Assembly (NCBI GenBank): GCA_964390565.1
Contig: CAYMII010000001.1
Location: 47,230-111,229, forward strand
DNA length: 64,000 nucleotides
Source: an uncultured Rikenellaceae bacterium
Lineage (GTDB): Bacteria; Bacteroidota; Bacteroidia; Bacteroidales; Tenuifilaceae
Direction: 5' to 3'
Shown: positions 1-7,166 of the stretch, in pieces
How the letters are laid out: each line of letters opens with the position of its first letter
Position numbering within the stretch: the first letter of the stretch is position 1
Notes under the pieces: generated by a model
What the model was told of the DNA's origin: nothing
Seen by the model: only the letters and a program-made list of their open reading frames with translations
Database searches by the model: none
Translations under genes and position numbers: made by a program

Positions 1-2
1 AC

Positions 3-392
3 GCCAACAATGAGGCGGAGATTATCAGGCTAATCGAGAAGTTTTTCGATGAGTATTTTGCCGAGGTAACCGAGCACCTTGGGTACGAGGATTCGGTTGC
101 GTTTCCCTATTTCAACTCGTTAATCGAGAACAACAAACCGAACGAGGCCAACAACCCATTTTCAGCCAACGATTATCGCGATCATCACACCGATATTGAG
201 TCGAAGCTCTTTGAGCTGAAGAGCCTATTCATACAGCATCTATCGCTCAAAGGCGATAGGGCAATTCATCGCAAGCTGCTTTACAGCCTTTTTGAGCTGG
301 AGAACGATTTGAATATCCACTCGCTCATCGAGGAGACCATTCTTGTGCCTTTGGTACGCCAAATTGAAAGGAGCAGAGGCGGTGTCGAGTAA
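3..392 (+). CDS. hemerythrin-like (HHE cation-binding) domain protein, 5' end outside window
   Basis: Frame 3 is open from the window edge to TAA at 390-392. My translation (...DYRDHHTDIESKLFELK...[21 protein letters not shown]...) shows His/Glu spacing typical of hemerythrin-type helical bundles. It is absent from the ORF track because no start codon lies in the window. Confidence 0.5.
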   Translation, partial: ANNEAEIIRLIEKFFDEYFAEVTEHLGYEDSVAFPYFNSLIENNKPNEANNPFSANDYRDHHTDIESKLFELKSLFIQHLSLKGDRAIHRKLLYSLFELENDLNIHSLIEETILVPLVRQIERSRGGVE

Positions 393-984
393 CAGTACAA
401 ATATCGCCATTGTTGAGTCGTCCCAAATCGTTTACGAGGGGTTGATTAACATCCTCGTTAAATCGCATCAACATTACCAGTTTTATCGATTCGATAGCAT
501 CGAGGAGATAGGCGCAACTCGCCTCAATTGTAAGATTGATGTTATCATTGTTAACCCATCGCTTATTCAGTTTAACTCGCGTGATTGCAACACGCTAAAG
601 CGTATAAACCCATCGGTTCATTGGGTTGCGCTGGTTTACTCTTTCTACGGAAAGGATATTCTGGCCCAGTTCGATGCTATAATTCAGATATCAGACAGTG
701 CAGAGTATATCAAGCAGACTTTATCAAATTTAATCAGCTCAACGGTTGCCGAAATTGACTCGGTTCAAAAGGAGCCGCTAAGCGAGCGTGAGATTGATGT
801 TCTTGTGCAGCTGGTTCATGGTTTGTCTAATAAGGAGATAGCCGATAAGCTGAATATCAGCATCCATACTGTAATGAGCCACAGGAAGAATATCACACAA
901 AAAACGGGTATCAAAAGCCAATCAGGGCTAACAATCTACGCCATCTCCAACAAGATTATATCGTTGGATAGTTTAGCATTATAA
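343..984 (+). CDS. LuxR/GerE-type HTH regulator with degenerate receiver-like N-terminal domain
   Basis: The C-terminus [39 protein letters not shown] is a classic GerE HTH. The N-terminal ~120 aa is receiver-like but the acidic pocket looks degenerate ([13 protein letters not shown]). The track start is TTG at 343 and an in-frame GTG lies at 382; either start overlaps the upstream gene end. Confidence 0.8.
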   Translation: MCLWYAKLKGAEAVSSNSTNIAIVESSQIVYEGLINILVKSHQHYQFYRFDSIEEIGATRLNCKIDVIIVNPSLIQFNSRDCNTLKRINPSVHWVALVYSFYGKDILAQFDAIIQISDSAEYIKQTLSNLISSTVAEIDSVQKEPLSEREIDVLVQLVHGLSNKEIADKLNISIHTVMSHRKNITQKTGIKSQSGLTIYAISNKIISLDSLAL

Positions 985-997
985 TATCTCCCATTTT

Positions 998-1149
998 TTA
1001 ACCGCAGAGACGCAGATAGCGCAGAGTCCTCATTTCTCACGTCTCACGTCTCACCTCTCACGTCTCATCTCTCATCTCTCACGTCTCATCTCTCACCTCT
1101 CACCTCTCACCTCTCACCTCTCACTTTCTCACCTCTCACTTTCTCATCC
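998..1149. repeat. TTAACCGCAGAG-type word block followed by a ~17-unit tandem heptamer array (CTCAYNT)
   Basis: Read directly: ttaaccgcagagacgcagatagcgcagag (998-1026), then ctcattt ctcacgt ctcacgt ctcacct ctcacgt ctcatct ctcatct ctcacgt ctcatct ctcacct x4, then 8-mer variants to about 1149. Confidence 0.9.
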
Positions 1150-1242
1150 CCACAAACAATGATAGCCTACTACCAAATTCACTCATTTTAGGGATTGTCG
1201 TTTTTTTTAAACCCAACCATCTTTGCATTGTTAAATAATTAA

Positions 1243-2412
1243 ATGATTTCTGAAATGAAAAATATAGTTCTACTTCACCTATTCGTTGCAACATTTGCCT
1301 TTGCTAAAGCGCAGGATACAATTGAAAACCCATTAATTGATTCAACCAGGGCGCTCAGCTTTGAAGCATCCTATTTAGGCGATTTATGTGGTAACACAAC
1401 AGGAGGTATTAAAACGGGAGTTGGTTACCTTGGAATGGCAAACCTACGAATTGGTTTTAGCACCGAGTCGGCAAAACTTTGGAAAGGCGGAAACTTCTTT
1501 ATCAATGGAGCAGCAACTCATGGCGATACGCCATCATCGAAATTCATTGGCGATTTTCAGGTTGCATCCAATATCGAGGCAGGGAACCATATCTACCTAC
1601 ATGAGTTTTGGTATAAACAAACCTTTTCGAGGTTTGAGTTTACGGTGGGATTGCAAGATATGAACGTTGATTATATCGCAAGCGAGAATGGTGGACTATT
1701 CCTAAATAGCTCGTTTGGAATACCAGCGCTTATTTCATCTAATATTCCTGCTCCAATATTTCCGTTAACAAATCTAGGGATATCAACCAGAGTGAATGTT
1801 AGCGAAGCAATCGCATTTCAAGCAGCCCTATTCGATGGTTGTCCAACCGATTTCACCAATAATACCTATAATACCAATTGGGATGTAAGCAGCAAGGATG
1901 GTGCTTTTGTAATATCTGAATTACAGTTCACAAGTAGTTTTAAGAAACTTACGGGAACATACAAAGCAGGTTATTACTACCACACTGGTCATGTTCAGCA
2001 ATTAGAGGATGGTTCGGAACAGGAGGTTTTTAAGCAGAACTATGGGCTTTATGCCATTGCCGACCAGCAGATTTGGCAAAGTGGAAGTGCAAAAAAATCC
2101 ATGAGCTTTTTTGGACAGTTTGCGCTAAGTCCAAAGCATATTAACAACTTACACTACTATTTTGGTGGTGGGCTAAGCTTTACAGGGCTAATCAACAGAA
2201 TTGATAATACAATTGGTTTGGCCATTGCCCATTCAAGGTTTCATACTCCTGTTGCAGTAAACGAAACAGCAATTGAGCTATTTTACAAAATACAAATTAC
2301 CCAAAACATCTCCGTACAGCCCGATTTTCAGTACATCATCAACCCAATGGGGTATGAGCAAAAGCTCGATAACGCTTTAGTTGCAATGGTGCGATTGGGA
2401 TTAAACTTCTAA
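1243..2412 (+). CDS. OprB-family (carbohydrate-selective-type) outer-membrane porin
   Basis: There is a signal peptide (LFVATFAFAKAQ). Motifs resemble the OprB family: GDFQVASNIEA, LHEFWYKQTF, GLQDMNVDY, FLNSSFG. The C-terminus ends in an aromatic residue (GLNF). Confidence 0.65.
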   Translation: MISEMKNIVLLHLFVATFAFAKAQDTIENPLIDSTRALSFEASYLGDLCGNTTGGIKTGVGYLGMANLRIGFSTESAKLWKGGNFFINGAATHGDTPSSKFIGDFQVASNIEAGNHIYLHEFWYKQTFSRFEFTVGLQDMNVDYIASENGGLFLNSSFGIPALISSNIPAPIFPLTNLGISTRVNVSEAIAFQAALFDGCPTDFTNNTYNTNWDVSSKDGAFVISELQFTSSFKKLTGTYKAGYYYHTGHVQQLEDGSEQEVFKQNYGLYAIADQQIWQSGSAKKSMSFFGQFALSPKHINNLHYYFGGGLSFTGLINRIDNTIGLAIAHSRFHTPVAVNETAIELFYKIQITQNISVQPDFQYIINPMGYEQKLDNALVAMVRLGLNF

Positions 2413-2422
2413 AATAATTACG

Positions 2423-4915
2423 ATGCAATTAGTCGATATACAAACAGTAAGGCTTTCGGAGTTATCAAACGGCACTTCGGCAATAATCACGAAAGTTAAA
2501 GGACATGGGGCTTTCCGCAAGCGGATAACTGAAATGGGCTTTGTTTCGGGTACAAAAGTAACTGTGATTAAAAAGGCTCCTTTGCAGGATCCTGTTGAGT
2601 ACGAGCTGATGGGTTACCGAGTATCGCTTCGTTTGAGCGAGGCTCAAATGATTGAAACCATCGATGAGTCGGAAGCCTTAGAGTTTACTGATAGACCATT
2701 TAATGGAACCTTGGAGTTCGATTCAATTGCTAAAACGGCAAAGGAGAAGAGAAATACTATCAATATAGCGCTGGTTGGAAACCCCAATAGCGGCAAAACT
2801 ACATTGTTTAACTATGCAACCGGAAAGCACGAGCGGGTTGGGAATTATGGCGGTGTAACGGTTGAGCTGAATACAGCGCATCTATCGAAAAATGGCTATT
2901 TGTTCAATGTAACCGATTTGCCCGGAACATACTCCATTTCAGAATATTCGCCCGAGGAGCTATTTGTTCGCAAGCACCTGGTTAACGATATGCCCGATAT
3001 GGTTGTTAACGTTGTTGATGCCTCGAACCTTGAGCGAAACCTTTATCTAACTACTCAGCTCATCGATATGAATATCAAGGTGGTTATTGCTTTGAACATG
3101 TTCGATGAGCTGGAAAAATCGGGCGATGAGTTTGATTACACCATGCTTGGGCAGATGATTGGAATTCCAATTATTCCAACCATTGCGGCAAAGGGCAAAG
3201 GGATTGATAAACTGCTCGAGAAGATAATTGAGGTTTACGAGGAGAAAGAACAAACCCTAAGGCATATCCATGTTAGCTATGGCGAACCCATCAACAGTGC
3301 GCTTGAGCGCATTAAGGTTGAGGTTAAAAAGAACCCCGTTTTAACCGATAAGTACCACTCGCAATATGCAGCCATAAAACTACTCGAGAAGGATAAGGCC
3401 TTTATCGATGAAGTTATGAAGATGCCAAATCGAGTTGCAATTCTTGAGGCTGCTCATAAGGAGAGGAGCAAGCTGGAGATCGAATTCGACGAAAAAACCG
3501 AAACCATTATTGCTGATGCAAAATATGGTTTTATCAAAGGGGCTTTAAAGGAGACCTATAAACCATCCGATAAAAGCAAAAGGGCTGCAAAGCTCGATAT
3601 CGATTACTATTTAACGCATAAATGGTTTGGCTTTCCCATCTTCTTTTTGATGATGTGGGCCACATTTCAGCTAACATTCTCATTGGGTAGTTACCCTATG
3701 GATTGGATTGATGCTGGGGTTGGGTATTTAAGCGATTTTATTAAAACCGCTTTACCCGAAGGTGCTTTAAACGATTTACTTGTGGATGGCATAATTGGCG
3801 GAGTTGGTGGAGTGATAGTGTTCTTGCCAAATATTATCATTCTGTTCTTCTGCATCTCGTTGATGGAGGACACAGGCTACATGGCACGAGCAGCGTTTAT
3901 CATGGATAAGCTAATGCACAAGATTGGGCTGCACGGAAAATCGTTTATCCCGCTTTTGATGGGTTTTGGGTGTAATGTCCCTGCTATCATGGCAACCCGA
4001 ACCCTCGAAAACCGAAAGGATCGCATACTAACAATGCTCATCATTCCATTTATGAGCTGTAGCGCTCGTTTACCAGTTTATGTTCTGCTTATTTCTGCGT
4101 TCTTCCCAGCAAAACAAGGGCTAGTATTGCTATCGATATACATTGCGGGCATAGTTTTATCCATTTTAATGGCGTTGGTATTTAAGAGGATATTTTTTAA
4201 GAAAAAGGATATTCCTTTCGTGATGGAACTCCCTCCATATCGTATTCCTACCATTAGAAGTACCTCAAACCACATGTGGAATAAGAGCGTACAGTATATT
4301 ACAAAGATGGGAACTATAATTCTTGGAGCATCAATATTGATATGGGCTATGGGTTATTTCCCAAGGGAGGTTAACTACTCGGTAAACTACGATCAGCAGA
4401 TCGAAACTGTAACAAGCAATTCTTCACTTTCAGAGGAGGCAAAACAGGAGCAGGTAAACCTTTTGTTGGTTGAGAAGGAGTCGGAACGACTTGAGAAATC
4501 TTACATTGGGCAAATGGGACATTTTATTGAACCAGTTATTTCGCCGCTAGGTTTTGATTGGAAGATAGGAGTGAGCATCATTACAGGCCTTGCTGCAAAA
4601 GAGATTGTAGTTGGCTCAATGGGTGTGCTTTACCAATCGGATTTAGAAGCCGATGAGACATCGGTTGGACTACAAACTAAGCTGCAGCAGCAAGAGTATA
4701 AAAGTGGTCCAAAGAAAGGGGGAAAGGTGTTTACTCCATTGGTTGCCCTAACCCTAATGTTGTTTGTGCTTATCTATTTCCCTTGCGTTGCAGTAATTGC
4801 TGCAATCAAAAGGGAGGCAAATGCTAAATGGGCTGTATTTACAATGGTTTACACAACCGCACTTGCCTGGTTAGTTGCCTTTGGGGTTTATCAGATTGGA
4901 AGTTTAATAATTTAA
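2423..4915 (+). CDS. feoB: ferrous iron transporter, FeoA-FeoB fusion
   Basis: The N-terminal ~75 aa is a FeoA SH3-like domain (ITKVKGHGAFRKRITEMGFVSGTKVTV). It is followed by the G-domain NIALVGNPNSGKTTLFN / DLPGTYS and a polytopic gate/nucleoside-recognition membrane domain. Confidence 0.95.
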   Translation: MQLVDIQTVRLSELSNGTSAIITKVKGHGAFRKRITEMGFVSGTKVTVIKKAPLQDPVEYELMGYRVSLRLSEAQMIETIDESEALEFTDRPFNGTLEFDSIAKTAKEKRNTINIALVGNPNSGKTTLFNYATGKHERVGNYGGVTVELNTAHLSKNGYLFNVTDLPGTYSISEYSPEELFVRKHLVNDMPDMVVNVVDASNLERNLYLTTQLIDMNIKVVIALNMFDELEKSGDEFDYTMLGQMIGIPIIPTIAAKGKGIDKLLEKIIEVYEEKEQTLRHIHVSYGEPINSALERIKVEVKKNPVLTDKYHSQYAAIKLLEKDKAFIDEVMKMPNRVAILEAAHKERSKLEIEFDEKTETIIADAKYGFIKGALKETYKPSDKSKRAAKLDIDYYLTHKWFGFPIFFLMMWATFQLTFSLGSYPMDWIDAGVGYLSDFIKTALPEGALNDLLVDGIIGGVGGVIVFLPNIIILFFCISLMEDTGYMARAAFIMDKLMHKIGLHGKSFIPLLMGFGCNVPAIMATRTLENRKDRILTMLIIPFMSCSARLPVYVLLISAFFPAKQGLVLLSIYIAGIVLSILMALVFKRIFFKKKDIPFVMELPPYRIPTIRSTSNHMWNKSVQYITKMGTIILGASILIWAMGYFPREVNYSVNYDQQIETVTSNSSLSEEAKQEQVNLLLVEKESERLEKSYIGQMGHFIEPVISPLGFDWKIGVSIITGLAAKEIVVGSMGVLYQSDLEADETSVGLQTKLQQQEYKSGPKKGGKVFTPLVALTLMLFVLIYFPCVAVIAAIKREANAKWAVFTMVYTTALAWLVAFGVYQIGSLII

Positions 4916-4954
4916 AGACTATGGCGTTGAGTTGGTAGTAGGTCTTAGTGTTTT

Positions 4955-5017
4955 CTTTGTGTCTTAGTGTCTTGGTGGCGGAAATAAGAGTTGCCACAAA
5001 GTCTCGAAGCCACAAAG
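4955..5017. repeat. imperfect 25-nt-arm inverted repeat (CTTTGTG.../...CACAAAG words)
   Basis: The left arm is ctttgtgtcttagtgtcttggtggc (4955-4979) and the right arm is gccacaaagtctcgaagccacaaag (4993-5017). By hand alignment 20 of 25 positions are complementary, with a 13-nt loop. Confidence 0.75.
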
Positions 5018-5055
5018 AATCACAAAAATCGATTGTAAAATTAAATGAATAAGAT

Positions 5056-5187
5056 ATGATTCAGAACATAATAGTTTTTATAATAGTTGCTCTAACGTTG
5101 TTTTATGTGGGTTATTCGGTGTTTAAATCCTTAAAACCAAAAAAGAGTAAACATGCGTGTGGGGGTTGTTCGGGGTGTGAGGTATAG
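5056..5187 (+). CDS. FeoB-associated Cys-rich small membrane protein (43 aa)
   Basis: Hand translation from ATG 5056 to TAG 5185-5187 gives MIQNIIVFIIVALTLFYVGYSVFKSLKPKKSKHACGGCSGCEV. It has one TM helix plus a C-terminal CGGCSGC, the pattern of small Cys-rich proteins found next to feoB. It is below the ORF-track size cut-off. Confidence 0.65.
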   Translation: MIQNIIVFIIVALTLFYVGYSVFKSLKPKKSKHACGGCSGCEV

Positions 5188-5189
5188 AT

Positions 5190-5372
5190 GTAGGCGGTAG
5201 GGGGGTAGGCTGTAGGTTTGTGAGGGGTGTGTTGTCAGTTGTCAGTTAATTTCTTAGCGACTTTGTGTCTTTGCGTTTAAATCCTCTGCGTACTCTGCGA
5301 CTCAGCGGTGAAGAATTAGTAATGAGTTTTGGGTACTGGGTTCTCATGTCTCATGTCTAGTGTCTGACGTCT
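5190..5372. repeat. composite block of several short tandem word families
   Basis: Read directly: gtaggcg gtagggggg taggctg taggttt; tgtcagt tgtcagt; ctttgtgtctttgcg; ctctgcgtactctgcgactcagcgg; ttctcatg tctcatg tctagtg tctgacg tct. Confidence 0.85.
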
Positions 5373-5483
5373 TTAATCTGAAAGCAACGATAGTTTATTT
5401 CGAGCCCCTCTTTTGAGCATAACGTCTTTTTACTATCTTCGAGAGTTGTAAATCAAGATGTTTTTTCAAAGAAAAAGTCGTTA

Positions 5484-6530
5484 ATGCTAGGTTTTTATAT
5501 CGTTTTACCATTTCTGCTTTTTGCGCTGTACCGATTATTTGTGGTGCTTTATAACTATTTTAAGCGACCATTCTTACCTGCTGGGATACCAACACAGGGT
5601 ACGTTCATATCGATTCTAATATATGCTCAGAATGCCGAAAAAGGCATTGGGAACTTACTACTTGGTTTGAGTAAACAGACTCATACTGATTTTGAGGTTT
5701 TGATTTTTAACGACCAATCAACCGATAAAACGGTTGATGTTATTAGCCAATTTGCTGCCGGCGATAAGAGGTTCCGATTGTTCAATGGGAACGATATAAA
5801 TAACGGGTGGAATCGTAAGTGCTATGCTTTTGAGAAACTGTCGCAAATCGCTAGAGGTCAATATATTGTATTCATCGACTCAGGTCTAATTGTTGATGTT
5901 CAGCTGATTGCGAATGCTATCGCGAATATGCAGCACAAAAGCCTTTCGCTGCTGACCATTTACCCAAAACCTTATGCAGAGGGATTTTGGAATAGATTAC
6001 AAATCTCAACCATAAACTGGGTGTGGTTTTCACAAACATCAATTGCAAAATATCTGACCCAGCAGGGCGGGGAAGGGGTTATTACACAAAATCCAATGAT
6101 TGTTGCTGATGCAGCATCATACAAAGCCAATAAATGGTATGAAAAATTTAAAGATGCCGTAAATCCTGAGGTAGAGATATCAAAACAGAAAAGCGGTGAG
6201 ATTCTTCTTGGCGATGATAGTTTGACTTTTGATGTTAGTGAAGCATATTCTAGCACTTCTCAATACCTTGAGCACTTTATCGAGAAGTCATTTAAGAATA
6301 GGAACACCTTAATAGCATATTCTGTTGCCGTTGGTTTAGGGCTAATTTTAGCCATATTACTATTGCCATTCCCTCTGGTATTCCTATATCTTATAGCATT
6401 AATTTACTCACAAATGCTAGTTGCAACGCTAATTCAGCAATCGATAATTCTAAACCTGTTAACTATGCCTATCCAGTACTTTGTGTTGATAAAAGGCTTG
6501 TTTACAGCAATAAAAAAGAGTGATAAGTAA
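5484..6530 (+). CDS. family 2 glycosyltransferase, membrane-associated
   Basis: The GT-A signature is ISILIYAQNAEK...FEVLIFNDQSTDKT...IVFIDSG (DxD-like). There are N- and C-terminal TM segments. Confidence 0.8.
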   Translation: MLGFYIVLPFLLFALYRLFVVLYNYFKRPFLPAGIPTQGTFISILIYAQNAEKGIGNLLLGLSKQTHTDFEVLIFNDQSTDKTVDVISQFAAGDKRFRLFNGNDINNGWNRKCYAFEKLSQIARGQYIVFIDSGLIVDVQLIANAIANMQHKSLSLLTIYPKPYAEGFWNRLQISTINWVWFSQTSIAKYLTQQGGEGVITQNPMIVADAASYKANKWYEKFKDAVNPEVEISKQKSGEILLGDDSLTFDVSEAYSSTSQYLEHFIEKSFKNRNTLIAYSVAVGLGLILAILLLPFPLVFLYLIALIYSQMLVATLIQQSIILNLLTMPIQYFVLIKGLFTAIKKSDK

Positions 6531-6566
6531 AACTCATCACTCTTTTATTTCTAGTTAAGATTTCGA

Positions 6567-6592
6567 ACTCACCTCTCACCTCTCACCTCTCT
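6567..6592. repeat. ACTCACC TCTCACC TCTCACC tandem heptamers between convergent genes
   Basis: Read directly. This is the same word family as the 1029-1149 array and it abuts the stop of the 6591-6923 gene. Confidence 0.85.
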
Positions 6593-6923
6593 ACTTAGTT
6601 TCCTTCTTTTTCTCTTCTGCTTTTAAAACTTTCACCTCGTAGCCAAGCTTTTTAACCGCTTCCGCTAGTTTCTCATCGTTATTTTTTGAAGCATCGTACT
6701 TAATAGTTACTGTTTTCTCTTCGAGGTTTGTGGTAACCGATTTAACTCCTTTTTCAAAGGCAATCTCACGCTCAACCTTCTTTTGACATGATTTACAATG
6801 AAGTGTTGCCGAAATGCAAACCTCTTTTGTTTCGTCTTTCTTTTGAGCCGATGCGCTTTGTGGCATTCCAATTAGTAATGCACAAGCTATAATAGCTGAT
6901 GATAAAATACTTATTGCTTTCAT
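6591..6923 (-). CDS. secreted heavy-metal-associated (HMA) domain protein
   Basis: Signal peptide MKAISILSSAIIACALLIGMPQSASA. The HMA fold has the metal motif ATLHCKSCQKKVE and the tail KLAEAVKKLGYEV. Confidence 0.8.
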   Translation of the reverse strand: MKAISILSSAIIACALLIGMPQSASAQKKDETKEVCISATLHCKSCQKKVEREIAFEKGVKSVTTNLEEKTVTIKYDASKNNDEKLAEAVKKLGYEVKVLKAEEKKKETK

Positions 6924-6940
6924 TTTCTTGTTTTTTAGTT

Positions 6941-7162
6941 TTACGATTGTGATTCAACAGGATAACCGATAGTACCCAGTTTATGAGCAATATCTTTTGC
7001 GCTAAGCACCTCGGAGTTGTAGTTTACAATCACTTCCGATTTGGTAATATCGATGTAAATTTCCGATATTCCCTCGGTGCTGCTTAGCTCATTCTTAATG
7101 ATATTTGCACATCCTGAGCATTTCATGTTTGCTACAATAAACCTATTTGTATTCATATTCAT
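6941..7162 (-). CDS. cytoplasmic HMA-domain metallochaperone (CopZ-like)
   Basis: ANMKCSGCANIIK is the MxCxxC-type motif and the 73-aa ferredoxin-like length fits. No signal peptide. Confidence 0.85.
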   Translation of the reverse strand: MNMNTNRFIVANMKCSGCANIIKNELSSTEGISEIYIDITKSEVIVNYNSEVLSAKDIAHKLGTIGYPVESQS

Positions 7163-7166
7163 TTAA

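Noticed and set aside
1029-1149. Possible CRISPR array or telomere-like repeat (also considered for 23304-23339)
   Set aside because: The units are 6-8 nt and directly abutting, with no spacers and no cas genes. The repeat words do not match known telomeric motifs, and the context is an ordinary circular-chromosome-type gene neighbourhood.
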